Source: Leucoraja erinacea | Lineage: Eukaryota | Assembly: GCF_028641065.1 (NCBI RefSeq) | Contig: NC_073416.1 | Location: forward strand, 7,998,001-8,062,000 | Reading direction: 5' to 3' | Length of the DNA stretch: 64,000 nucleotides | Shown: positions 1-12,735 of the stretch, in pieces | How positions within the stretch are numbered: the stretch's first letter is position 1 | Layout: each line of letters opens with the position of its first letter | The notes under the pieces: generated by a model | Databases searched by the model: none | Seen by the model: only the letters and a program-made list of their open reading frames with translations | What the model was told of the DNA's origin: nothing | Program-made: the position numbers and the translations under genes

Positions 1-203
1 GCTGCCTCATGGTGCCAGAGACCCAGGTACAATCTTGACCTCGTGCGCTGTCGGTGTGGAGTTTGTGGGTTAATTCTGTCATTTGTCCCGAATGTGTAGG
101 GAGTGGATGAGAAACTGGGATAACAGCATAGAACTAGTGTGAACGGGTGACCATGGGCTCGGTGGGCCGAAGGGCCTCTTTCCATGCTGTATCTTAAACT
201 AAA
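1..203 (+). mobile_element. HE1-type tRNA-derived SINE fragment
   Basis: Shares the head (gctgcctca...gccagagaccc) and the tail (gtgggccgaagggcct...ctgtatct) with the full copy at 54706-55026. Confidence 0.75.
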
Positions 204-625
204 AACAAGGAATCGCCATCAGCAGTTCCTTATTTCTAATTCACCTTTGATGCTTCCAATTTTAATTACTTTTAAGAATCTTAACACCAAGATGCTGTTG
301 GGAGCCCCATTAACCATAATATTTCAACAAAAATGTGTTGATGTAACAAAATAAAACTAATTACATATAAGAACAGAGAAACACTTTCAAGAACTTTTAA
401 TTAAAATATAATTCATCTAAAGTGTCTGCATCTTTGAAAACATTCAATTTCATGCCGGCCTCAGCAGGAAAACTAAGCCACCGGTTTAAGGAAAGGGAGC
501 TAAACATATAGAATAAGATTACTATAGAATAAGAATGTATTTTAAATAATAATCATTATTTTCCTCAGACTATTTGTGTGTGTGGTAAATAAAACAAGAT
601 GTCATGTCGCGATTTATAAACTCAC

Positions 626-900
626 CTGGTCTGTTGGTCTCAAACACCTTTAAATGTTTAAGCGATAATTATCTTTTCCGTGAATCTTTGAGAAGGTTTT
701 AATTGAAACTTTATATTTGAGCAGCGAGTCGGGCGCCGGCGAGAGACGTCATTTTTCCCGCCATGAGCTGGGCCGCGGGACGCGCGCGCGGGGAGGGGAG
801 GGAAGGACCGGCTTAGACAATGAAAACACACACTCACAAATATCCCCCGAGCAAAGACAACCCGGTCATCCAACCCACCCAACAATATGTTCCTCCCACC
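626..900 (-). promoter_or_regulatory. CpG-rich promoter and putative non-coding first exon of a minus-strand neighbouring gene
   Basis: CpG-rich patch at 720-815 with CRE-like and YY1-like (ATGGCG) motifs; consensus donor CAG|GTGAGT on the minus strand at 626/625. Confidence 0.45.
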
Positions 901-1002
901 GGTTTACCGAATAACGTCCCATATTAGTTTAAAAAGGACATCAATTTATCGGGTCTCCCCCCCCCCCGGAGTATTAAAGCAGTCCAGCCGCGCGCTGACA
1001 AT

Positions 1003-1695
1003 ATAGATCACTCCTGCTAAATGCATTGGGCTGACGTGTAGTAAACAACGGAGCGGTACGTGGGCCTTTTTTTCGTCCATTTTAGTAACCCGACCCGACT
1101 CGCAGTGTAATCAACGTTACTGGGGGACAGTTTGTGTGTGTGTGTGATATAGGGTTAGATTCATAATTCTGTTAATTCTTGTTAAATAATAAAATGTTTA
1201 TAAATTTTGACTCTGGTAATTTTCTTTTTTAATGTTTTAGAAATCATTTCTTTTTAAATGGCTCATGTGCTGTGTTTGAGTTGATTTTGTATTACACTTG
1301 CACTCTGTAATTCATTCCTCTAATCACACTATTCACAACTGCAGTATTTGGGGAAATAATAGCAATATGAAGATTCCAGTTGCTCCAGCCCTGGCATGTT
1401 CCTTAATGTTTTTTGTGTCTATGGAGTCGATTACGGAAATGGGTCCTATAATTACCCATGACCGTACTACGTGTTTTTCGGTGGCGTTTGACATTGACAA
1501 GGTTTCCCATCCGAAGCAAACTCCTGCATTGTCGCTTGGTTTTTAATATTTTTAAACAAATTGCCACCATTAAAGCGTTTGCAGGACTGCTTCCGGGTTC
1601 TCCTCCCTGCTTTTGTGAATGGAGTTGACGGCACTGCCTCGCCGATTATCACAGTCCTTTGCACATCGCCGCACTGGTGCCGATGACAATAAACT
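1003..1695 (-). mobile_element. Longer, degraded copy of the P/hAT-like DNA element seen at 17780-18161
   Basis: 1003-1135 is close to the reverse complement of about 18005-18140, and 1430-1480 to about 17815-17877. Confidence 0.7.
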
Positions 1696-1703
1696 CCATT
1701 TAA

Positions 1704-1850
1704 AGTTTAAGAAGGAACTGCAGATGCTGGAAAATCGAAGGTAGACAAAAACCATCTATGGAGCGAAGGAAATAGGTGACGTTGAAACGTTGCATATTTC
1801 CTTCGCTCCATAGATGCTGCCGCACCCGCTGAGTTTCTCCAGCATTTTTG
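1704..1850. mobile_element. Penelope-like terminal-repeat fold-back insertion
   Basis: aagaaggaactgcagatgctgg... arm plus an inverted arm; flanked by a tccatttaa duplication (1695-1703 and 1851-1859). Confidence 0.7.
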
Positions 1851-1923
1851 TCCATTTAATGTTTATTTGCGCTTCCTGCTCGCTTTGTATTATTACTCTA
1901 TACCGGCAATTCGTTTAATACCA

Positions 1924-2005
1924 GTCACGGTGGCCGAGTGGTTAAGGCGTTGGACTCGAAATCCAATGGGGATTCCCCGCACAGGTTCGAATCCTGTTCG
2001 TGACG
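1924..2005 (+). tRNA. tRNA-Ser(CGA)
   Basis: 82 nt; acceptor stem GTCACGG/TCGTGAC, discriminator G, A box TGGCCGAGTGG, anticodon stem-loop TTGGA-CTCGAAA-TCCAA, long variable arm GGGG-ATT-CCCC, T-loop GTTCGAATC. Confidence 0.97.
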
Positions 2006-2010
2006 ACGCG

Positions 2011-2018
2011 TTTCTTTT
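2011..2018 (+). terminator. Pol III oligo-T terminator of the tRNA
   Basis: tttctttt 5 nt after the tRNA 3' end; a further T5 run lies at about 2030. Confidence 0.6.
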
Positions 2019-3568
2019 CGTTATTCGCAATTTTTCTTCAAACCTAACCAGTCAAAGATAACAAATACAACTTCTCGCACTCGTTCACATACGGTCCTAT
2101 ACCGGTTTGATGTTCACAGTGTAAAATGTGTACAGCATCATCAATAAAACAGATGAATATTAATTACAAATGTTTATTCATGATAGTTTACAATATACCA
2201 CAACTCTACTCATGTTTATTCCATGGACAAAAAAAACTTCAGTTATAAATACCTCAGTAATTCTTGAATGCTGGGTTTTCACATCTACCTGTTATCTCCT
2301 CTACTTTATCCACAAATGCTGTGAATCGAGCATTCTTCACTGGACGATACAATAGAACTTTATCCCAGGAGTTAAATTGATCTACCCACAGTCATAAAAC
2401 ACGAGAAACATGAAATTAAATTGAGGAGGGGAAAGTAGAAGGGAGTCAGTCTACCCTCACGACAGCAGGGGATATATTATTACATTAATGCTTTCTCTTT
2501 TTATAAAAATAAGAACAGAAAATGTTGACAACGTTGAAGTGTGGAGGGGAAAAACAGATTCAACATTTTCTCTAGACCTGGAAAGAATGACAAAATAACC
2601 TGTTTTAAGTGAGGGTGGAGAGGGGAATTGACTCAAGTGACACAATTGCTTCTGGTGGCTGGTGGAATGAACGCGACAAAGTTAAAGATAGTCACAAAAT
2701 ACTAGAGTAACACAGGACAGGCAGCATCACTGGAGAGAAGGATAATGCTTTGCGTCAAGATCCTTCTTCAGACTAATTTCAGGGGAGAGGGAGATACATA
2801 GATAAGGAAGTGTAAGGTGTGAAAATAGGACAAAGAGAATAGGGATCAAGGCACGTCTGGGTTAAAACGTGGTCGTAGAGTGAAGACCAGGAGGAATCAG
2901 AGGGGGAGCAGCAAGGGAGGCAGGTGCTGAACTCTCGGCGGAGAGGAGAACTTCTTCAAAGTAGACATACCTTGAGATTTCTCAGTGGAGCAGATGATTT
3001 TTGTGGAGTGTAAAGAAGAACATGAATAAAAGCAGAAAAGGAAAAACTAGCCACTGGAACAGTTGAGATGCAGAATTCAACAACTGCTATAAATTAGGAA
3101 TAAATGAGGATGTTGGAAATACTCAGTGAAATGGATGTCAACTGCGGCAAGAGAAAAATTGAGTTAAAGGAAGGACTTGCATGACAACTGGCCAGTCTAA
3201 CACAAATAGGAAAGGCTGACTATTTGAAATAGTTTAATTCAGTATCAAATCCAGAGGGCTACGATATGTCGAGATAGAAGAAGAGGTGCTGTTGGTTGAG
3301 CTTACTTTGGATCAGTGTGGGAGGTTGAAGATAGAAGTCAGAGTGGACAGTCAACTGGAAACTCACGGCCGCTCTTACAGTCTCAATGGGGATGATCCAC
3401 AAAATTATCAACCAAGTGGCATTTGATTTCTCCAACCTAAAAGGCAATCACATTATACACGGCAAACAATATACACCAAAATGGAAGAAGTGCAAGTGAA
3501 TCTCCACGTCATCTGGGAGAACTATTTTGGATCCTAGCTGTTGCAAAGGGGCAAGATAAAAGCCCCCA

Positions 3569-3860
3569 GAACCAGGGGCCACAGTTTAAGAATAAGGAAT
3601 AAGCCATTTAGAACGGAGCCGAGGAAACACATTTTCTCACAGAGTGGTGAGTCTGTGGAATTCTCTGCCACAGAGGGCAGTGGAGGCAGGTTCTCTGGAT
3701 GCTTTCAAGAAAGAGCTAGATAGGGCTCTTAAAAATAGTGGAGTCAGGGGATATGGGGAGAAGGCAGGAACGGGGTACTGATTGGGGATGATCAGCCATG
3801 GTCACATTGAATGGTGGTGCTGGCTCAAAGGGCCAAATGGCCTACTCTTGCACCTATTGT
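3569..3860 (+). mobile_element. CR1/HER1 LINE 3' end
   Basis: Encodes the RTRGHSLRI... ORF2 C-terminus followed by the 3' UTR shared with many copies in the window. Confidence 0.85.
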
Positions 3861-6253
3861 GTGCATGTTCCAGGAATTGTATAGGGAAAAAGCACAGTGA
3901 AATGGGGAATGGTTGTGGAGATGGAAAAAAATTGAACCAGGAAGTTACATCCTTCAAAGTCTTAAAGGCAAGGAAAGATGGTTCTGGTGGTGGAACCTTG
4001 TTAAATTACTGAGGGCAATTTATTAAACAGAGGCCGGTGAGATTGAAGGCAAAAGTAACCTCATCATTTCTCTGGTTGAGATGATGTTGTATAATAAGAA
4101 CCATATAACCATGCAGTTAAGAGTTCTCTCCAAGCCATGGTTAAGGGAAAGGAAATCTCAAGAGCACTGGTATGGAAAGTCTCGTCAAAGCAGATTCAGA
4201 GACACTAAGTAAATGGAATGAGATTCTTGTAGGGAGAAAGATGGAAGAAGGTGGTTAAGATAGCCGTCGGACTTTATGTTTAAGAAAGAACTGCAGATGC
4301 TGGAAAAAAAGGTAGACAAAAATGCTGGAGAAACTCTCCTGCAAGGGTCTCGACCCGAAACGTTGCCTAATCCTTCGCTCCATAGATGCAGCCTCACCCG
4401 CTGAGTTCCTCCTGTAGGACTTTATGGTGATTTACCTACTCCGAGATGAAGATGGGGAAGATTCAGATGTGGACCATGTTAATGTGAGAACATTAAACGT
4501 GATGAACTTTTCAATCTGCGTCGTTGTAATAAACGGTGCCAATACAGTTATAACTGTAGTGTCAAAAGGCTGAAGTAGAACGGAAGCAGGGACTGTGTAG
4601 GAAGGAGTTGCAGATGTTGGTTTAAACCAAATAGACACAAAAAGCAGGGACAGTTCCACATAACTTGCATAGATACAGCTGTAGCATGGGAGAGTTCCCA
4701 GATACACCTTGGATATGGACCAAACCAGTTAAAAACATTATTCAATGCCAGTACAAGCTTGGCATTTTCTGTTCTTATTTCAGACTTCATTTTTTTTTTT
4801 TCATTTCAGTTGTTGCATAAACTATTTTACAGCAGCTAAAAAACCCAATGATTCTTAAGTTTGGTAGCCCTTTATTTCAAGTACATTTCATAAATTATAT
4901 GGAGAGTTTGGACTACAACATTGACTTCCATCTTTTGAATAATATTTTTAAATTGCAAAATGTGATTTGAACTCAATTGCGTTCTTTTGGTTTAGTTCCA
5001 GCATAAAAGCAGATTCTTTGCTTGTTGCACGACAAGTTGTGTTTGCAACCACACACCAAAGCAAATTTCTCTGGGGCGAATAGTTCTTGCAGATAGAACA
5101 TGATATAATCTCCACAAAACACAAAAAGCATCCAAAGAACAAACCATCTCAACAGGAAGAGGAAAGAATTGCACCGGCATGTTTTTTTGGAAACATTCTT
5201 TTGGTGGGAAAAGAATTGTGTATTCCTACCTCCATTTGTGAATTGTTTTGTGCAGATTCACTTTACGGTAGACTTTACTGCCAGTCCCACCTTCAAATCA
5301 CTCACTGATCGCATTGTCAATAGGATTGGAGCACAACTTCAAATAAAAGCACATGGCACCTAAAGGTTCCAGCATCCTTCAATGTTGACCATTAAGTCAG
5401 CAGAAACCAGTGGTGGTGAAGCTACCCTGAAGGCACGATCCGTATGGAAGCAAGGCCTGTTTTCTCCTCCCCCCCCCCCCCCCCCCCCCCCCCCCCCACC
5501 CAAAACAGAGATTGCAAATACTAGTTGCAGCAAAAGCAGCTTTTGCACAGAGTTCTGTAGTTTTGCGCAGCATGCACCGATATTGGCTATATTGCATCAA
5601 AATTGCACAACAGCATTGAAGCAGATACATGGATAGGAAAGCAAGGTGCAGAAAGGTATGGACCAAATGGGACGAGCTTCGATGGGGCATCTTTGCCGGC
5701 ATGGACAAGTTGGGCCGAAGGGCCAGTTTCCGCGCTGTATGACTCAAAGACACCAAACCAAAGCTTGTAGTTGAGTAGAAGATCTGAAGTAGTGGTCGTG
5801 AAATTCAAGCCTTTTCATCTCCAACTTATTAATACAACCACCACTCGTCAACTGTTCTTCCCATTCGTATGCGCAGAAATTAAATGACCCCATCACATCC
5901 ATGGTGCAATTTAATTTGCAAATCCCAAATAAAGCTCAGCATCAAGTTATAATTAAATAAACATTTTGCATAAATTGGTATTTTGTACAAAAAGAATGAA
6001 AGCTGGCTTCTTTCTATGTGGTTAATGCCACTGTGGCAAGAAGAAATGTAGGAACCTATAACTACACGTTAATACTTGATGCCGTTTCTGCACAGGTCAG
6101 CTGAAGAGGCCACACTAACGCAAGTCACCCAAATCCAAGCTCAGAATGGGAGATGAATATAATTGCAGGTTGCTCAAAGAGGCACATGAAAGATGCAAGA
6201 TGGAAAGAAAAAGACAAGACACAAAATAAAAACCCAAATGCATACGATGGAGT

Positions 6254-6259
6254 TTTATT
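6254..6259 (-). promoter_or_regulatory. Candidate RNF41 polyadenylation signal
   Basis: AATAAA on the minus strand followed by a U/GU-rich tract (about 6200-6235), near the end of a repeat-free stretch downstream of the stop codon. Confidence 0.5.
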
Positions 6260-9207
6260 TCCAGATAATTTATATTTTTTTAGAAAGTGTTTCGTTCATT
6301 AATACCAAGTGCCACAGCTTTTCAAAATACAACACAATTAATCAGCTACAGGTGACAATTCTGGACTTCAAACACTTCTCCAAGTCACAAAATAACTGGT
6401 GTACCCAAGAGGTCCACTTTAAAAAGGTGCGCACACACACAGACAGACAATACATATATATTTTATAAAATTAAAACAAAGCATTGAATTGTTTTCCAGA
6501 GCAACAAAAAGAAAGTAACACTTCATACAAGATTGCTCATTTTATCTTTTTTTACTGCACGGAAACAGTTTCTAATACCATTCATCTTCCCATGTACAGT
6601 ATCCAATAGATAACCATTTATATCAACTACTGCATAACCAGCACCATAGTCTTTAAGACTAATGGAATGGCCAAAGTTTCAAGTGTGGTTTGAGAGATTT
6701 ACTCCCGTGTGACCAAATAATTAAATCTACTATTGTTTTGAAATGATGATTTGAACTAATGAATAAAAGACTATTAGATAGCTCCAAGAGAATGGCTAGA
6801 AGGAGGGCCCTCCCTACCCAGAACCTCACACTGTGAAGAAAAAGACATCAGGCCTTTTGCTCCCGACCACTTTCCAGCATTAAAGCACGCTGACAAGTCT
6901 AAACCCGCATGCCAACATTTACAGAAATGCCTTCAAATCTAAACAGCCCCACTGAAATCAAGCGCAGAAAAGCAGGTTTGCACTCCACCATCGAGAAGAC
7001 AGACAGAGATACTCTGGCATATTCCCCAAGTGATGAAGTTACAGGAATGCAAAGTGCCACACATTCATCACAACAGAATTCCCCGTGGTCAAAATGAATG
7101 CAAGCTTGTTATGAACAGCAATTCACACTGCCATAGTTTCCATAAGGACGGATTTAATTCAAAAGGCCATTGGCTGCAAAGCAAAAAACACTGGAGCAAG
7201 GACTGCAATTCTAGGCAAAGGATGTACAGTTGAGATTAAAGTAATACTTCTAGGGGCCAATTTTCTGCACAAGACCAACTAAGGCAGACTGAGCGTTTCT
7301 TTCCTCCACTACAAGTGCCCAGCCCTCCTCAACACCGTCCCCCCGCAAAAGAAAAATTAACTTTACAGGGTTTTCCCCTCAGTCACAGTAGGCCAGAGTA
7401 CTGGGCCAAAAGTGGTCATGTGCCATCTGACAGGATGCAAAGCTTCCAAATATAAAAGTCATCAACACTACTTTTGCATGGCTTAAATTACCACAAAGAG
7501 GGAAGAGAGAAAAAAGAAAAACTTGTAGAAATAGGATCAAAGGATGGGAAGACTGGTCAAGAATATGCAATGCTTAGAAGCTGAAACATTCTAGTTACTG
7601 CAAACTTGTGTACAAACCTACATTTAATTTAAACCATCCAATATTTCTTTCTTTTTTTGCCCCAAAAAAGTGTAGGATAAAATATTTCTCTGCCGACTGA
7701 AAGCCCAAAAATCAGACAAAAGCCAAGGTTCACCGTTTAAAAAAAAAAGTTGAAAGATTTCTGGAAAGGTTATTTCACATCTCAGTAGAGTCCATAACAG
7801 TGGTAGACCCTTCAATAGAAGTCACAAACTTCCTCAGGTGCAACCACTAAGAATAGAAAAAGGGGGTTTCCTTTCACCTTGTCTGAGCACTGAAATTATT
7901 TAAATCCCTCAAGAAACTTAAGCCACCTAATTTTCACCCTCTTGGAACAAATGTTACATCTTATATGCACGATGCTCAAAAACGATATACATTCAAGACT
8001 TGCACAATAGATTTGTCTGGAAGTGCCACCGCACGAGGGTCTTAGATGGAGAGTAGTTCAGATCCATCAAGTGTAAAATCTACCCAGGAGTGAATCAATA
8101 CCACACAGACTTATCGCCAAGTCCTAACAGAAGCTAAACAGTGTTCCACATTTGTATGGTTCAGCTGGAAAACTAGGAGAGAGTTCGTGCATCAACTCTC
8201 TCAATCCTAATCTGTGGACAAAACAAATGGCAAGATTTAACTAAAAAAAAAAAAAAAAAAAAAAACATACACATATTCTACCTAGAGTTTATTGGTTCAC
8301 AGCACTTTTACTTCTGCAATCAGGACTCCATTTTAGATATCATTTGACTTCAGTTTTACAATTGGTTCAGTTAAGGCAAACTCAAAGGCAGGAATTAGGT
8401 TGAAGTAAATAAATTTGGCAGAGGTTAACATAAAAAAAAGGGACTGCAATTGGCTTGCCCTGTTAAAAAGTGTCAATTTTTACTTCTCTGCCTTGAAAAT
8501 GAAAGATCACACTTCACGTTATCAAGTTGTTTTCACGGACTAAACATCACTCTACACGCTGTCACTTGGATTTTTGCATAAGTTTTTTTTATATCATGCC
8601 CGAGTATAGACACATTGCAGCAAATCAGCCTTTTAGATTGCTTTAGTGGATATTAAGCCATCATGTAGTGCATACAATATTAGCATCTATAGTTTGCCCA
8701 GCAGGTCTGCTCTTACAGAAACCTCAGGAATTCATCCCTCAAAACCTCTCGGAAAGTTTTGCATTGTTCACTGAAACAGTGTTAACAACATCTACTACAA
8801 TAAAAATATTGTCCATTAACATTTTCTACTTAAAACAAAAAAAGGGGGAAAAGACCAAAGATATTAAATAGAGCACAACGAGCCACTGCAGGCACCACAA
8901 GTGTTAGGTTTCTTGTATGGCATCTGGAATGGATTCAGAATTGTACTTTCTGCTTTTAAATCTTTGATGAATAAATACAAAAGGTTGGGACTAAGGTTCT
9001 GTGAGCTGTAAACTCTTTCTTTAAGCGAGTTCTGGAGCTTCAAAGGTGGTGGTCAAACAATCCATAATGCAATTTGGCATTAAGCCTTTGTTCATGTCGA
9101 AGTCTGCTCCCCAAAGATATTCTGGAGGGCAAGGGCAAGTCTTGCATTCTTCTCACGTTACAAACTTCAATTCAGAAGGAGAGAAAAAAAAAAAAAAAAA
9201 ATTTGCG

Positions 9208-9562
9208 TTAAAAGATTTCCTCCACTCCATGAGCGAAAATCATCACCAGACCAGGCTCCATGATCATGATATCTCCCATGTGCTGGTTCTCACAGGCCAT
9301 CACCACCACAGCTTGCTTCCCTGGGATCCGTTTAGCTACATAGTTCTCGTACAACCTGCGGTTCATTTGGCGAGTCTCTAGTGTTGCCAGGCCCTGAGGC
9401 CAGTTCCTCTCGTGTGCGTTCTCGATGAGGTCATTGACTATAGACATTGGGCATCCGCTGTCAATGAGAGACCGCTTAATGACTGCTTGCAGGACTGCAT
9501 CAGGGGTGGAGATCATGCCACCCCATCGGGTTACTCTAGCAGGTTGCAATGAATTGACCCAC
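9208..9562 (-). CDS. RNF41: RNF41 (Nrdp1) coding exon 5 (last), C-terminal substrate/USP8-binding domain
   Basis: TAG|G acceptor; WVNSLQPARVTRWGGMISTPDAVLQAVIKRSL...EPGLVMIFAHGVEEIF*; 355 nt; total CDS 957 nt. Confidence 0.97.
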
Positions 9563-10899
9563 CTACAACACAGAAGATACCATTCACGTTTTATTAACAA
9601 AACAAGCAAACAAAAAGGCATAAATCTACTAAAGCCCTGCGTCAGATAAATAGCAGACAGGTTTCCTTTCTTCCTTGCACCTTATCCTCACACACGAAGG
9701 TGGGTTGCATTATTTAAATATCGGGGATGTAAACAAGTAGGAATGAGCGACAAATCAAACTGGAAAGCCCACAGTCTTCAAATTACTGGCATTGAGCATT
9801 TATTAGGCATGCAAAGAAGGGTTTAAGTGTCACAGAACTGTCTGGGCAAAAAGGTACAGATTTTTCCTACAGTCACTAGATTTTATTACAAATATTTCTA
9901 GCAACCTTTTTCTAAAATAAAAAAACTGAGCATTTTATAAAAGAGGGAGAATGTGAAAGAAAGAGAACGAACAAATTAGCGTTTTTATAGCGCCATTCTC
10001 AACTTCTACAGCCAATGAAGCATATTTTCAAAGCACGGTCGCGCTTGCAGGGGAAGAAATGCAGCCGCCATTTTGCGCGCAGAGGTAAAGTTATTCAATG
10101 CCATTTCTTTTTGAAGATTGATAGAACTGTTACAACACTGGCTGCCATCATCTGGCCCATTCAGCAGGTGAACACCAGTGACCCCTCTCACCCAGAGCAC
10201 TGCAAATGTTCCCTTCCCATGTACTCACCCAATTCCCCTCTCAGACGAGTTGAATGTGCTTCCACCACACAACCAAGTAGCCAATTCTAGATCACCATTA
10301 CTCAGGTATGAAAGCATTCTTCCACATCGCCTTTGGCCCATCACCAAATCTGTACCCTGCCACACTCAATTCTTCCATTAACGGAAAGTCATTTGCAATG
10401 TCTTAGCCCTCGATTATTTGGAGCACCCATCAAATCCCTTTTCAATCAGTCGGAATGTCTTCAGTCTGAAGAAGGGTCCCAGCCCTAAACGTCACTTGTC
10501 CGTGTTCTCCAGAGATGCTGCCTGACCCGCTGAGTTACTCCAGCACTTGGTGTACTCAAGTGTTTTTTTTAACCTTTGCTGCTCTAAAGGGGAACAAGTT
10601 CAGTCTATCTAGGCCTTTGTTTACCTTCCCAATTGAAAGGGTGCATCAGAAATTTTTAATAATCTAAATTCTGTTATTCTCATTTGTTCCATTTTACTTT
10701 TCAATTGAACCTTTATGGATTCGCCCTCTTAGTTGAAATCACCACATAAAATATGCACTTAGGCTAAACTACTAATTGTCCCTCCATTTTGCCGAGGTAA
10801 AGTGAAATCAGGGGGCTACCAATTTGAGGCTTTACAAATATTCTGGATTCTGAAATGATTTTATTATTAAAATAAGAACTTTTGGACTTTATGTTAGAC

Positions 10900-11130
10900 T
10901 TGAGATAGTGTGGAAACAGGCCCTTCAGCCCACCCCGACCAGCAATCCTACACACTAGGGACAATTTACAATTTTTACCGAAGCCAATTAACCTACAAAC
11001 CGGTACGTCTTTGGAATGTGGGAGGAGACCAGAGGAAACCCACGTGGTCATAGAGAACGTACACATTTTGTACAGACAGCACCCGTAGTCAGGATCAAAC
11101 CCAGTGTCTGGCAACTCTACTGCTGCACAC
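10900..11130 (-). mobile_element. HE1-type SINE
   Basis: Reverse-complement similarity to 54706-55026 across the tail, V-domain and B box. Confidence 0.8.
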
Positions 11131-11379
11131 CCCCAACAACTTGCCACTCCATTTACTCAAACAACCTTCTGGAGTAATTAAGAAACTAGTTCAGTTTAGT
11201 TTATCGTCACGTGTACAGAGGTACTAGCCAGCTAACAGTGAGAATTGCGGTTGTGAAGCCCTTCACAAATACTAAAGGGGCGGTTTAACCTTTAAATACA
11301 AGAGCAAAAGCATCCAGGTCATTCATGCACATTCACCTTCAGACCCGCAGGCACAAGATACATTGAAAAAACCTTTATA

Positions 11380-12270
11380 CATTTATATAGCACCTTTATG
11401 ATCCCTGGTCATACTAAGGCACTGTACAGTCAATAGTAATTTAAGGAGTGCAGTCACTGATGTAATGGAGGGAACACAGATGCCAATTAGATACAGCAAA
11501 TTCCCACAAAGAGTGAACAGATAATGTTGGTCACAGGGTAAATATAGGCCCTGGAGCACCAGGATACACACACCCCGCCCCGCCACCACCAAATACAGCT
11601 ACGCTACCTTCCGTGCAGGAAGGTACGGCACATGCCGGTTTTACACCAGAGATAGACACAAAATGTTGGAGTAATTCAGCGGGACAGGCAGCATTTCTGG
11701 AGAGAAGGAATGGGTGACATTTCTGGTCGAGACCCTTCACCCATTCCTTCCATCCAGAGGTGCTGCCCGTCCTGCTGAATCTCTCCAGCATTCTGTGTCT
11801 ACCTCTGGCACCTTCTTCTTTTTATTGGGAGGGGCAGGTGGGTACCCTGCTAAATACCTCTTCCAAAAGATGATGGCTCCGACAGCCCTGCCCTCAGTAC
11901 AGTATTGATCGCTTGCCCAGACTTGATGATCCCGTCTTGGCAAATTGCATTTCTGTAGCACTTTCCAGAACCTGGGGATGGCCCAAAGTAGCTTACAGCC
12001 AATGAAGTAGTGTTGAATGCACTCACCGACATGGGGACGGGTTTGCGCGCAGCAAGATCTCACAAACGCAATGCAATGCTGGTCACAATCTGTTGCGCTG
12101 ATATTCAGAGGGATCAATATTGGCAAGTGGAGCAAGACCAGGTCCCATTCTTCTTCAAAACCGTTTCAAGGGATCTCTTGCATCCACCCATCGCCACCAG
12201 ACAGATTCTGTCTCACCTGAAAAATTGCAACTCCATTTGTGCAGCGCTGGAGTGTTAGTCTAGATTGAGC
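11380..12270 (-). mobile_element. Two ancient SacSINE1/Deu-type SINE relics, the first split by a Penelope terminal repeat (about 11615-11800)
   Basis: atttatatagcacctt / ttgcatttctgtagcactt ... cccaaag ... tacagccaatgaagta ... cagcaagatctcacaaac ... gggatct ... gtctagatt resembles my recollection of the SacSINE1/AmnSINE1 reverse strand. Confidence 0.55.
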
Positions 12271-12631
12271 AGGTTTCTGCACCTTCAACTCAAATTACAG
12301 ATAAGGATGAGCCACCCAGGTTATTAGGCCAACTAGTCATTGCTTTATACATTATTGTAGTTATATTAAACAGTCCATTATCATTGTACCAACATCTCCA
12401 TTTTAATTCTCATGCGAGTGTCTAATTGGAGCCCCTGTTTCAGTACCTTAAATCCAGATACAGTTTCAGAGTAAAATACCGACCTAGTGATGGAACAAAA
12501 CACTTTTGAAATGGATTCAAGGCTTATATTTCTCACACATCTCAGGAGCAGCTGTGCTGGTCTGGAAATACTCGGCTATAGAATGGTGCAAGGCACAAGG
12601 AAAAAGGACAAGAAACTGAACTGAAACGTAC

Positions 12632-12735
12632 TCTAGGATCTCATTGTACTCAATGGTTTCCTCCAAGTTCTGTAGGTTTGGGTTTGCACTGCGGATAGCC
12701 CTCATGTACGCTTTCAAAAGTTGAATGTCTCGTTT
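12632..12735 (-). CDS. RNF41: RNF41 coding exon 4
   Basis: CAG|AAA acceptor; KRDIQLLKAYMRAIRSANPNLQNLEETIEYNEILE; GA|GTACGT donor; 104 nt. Confidence 0.97.

Noticed and set aside
5360-5756. Poly-Gly/poly-Pro ORFs (also near 19170, 24540, 27820 and 45100)
   Set aside because: They are translations of G/C homopolymer runs, whose lengths are unreliable in assemblies
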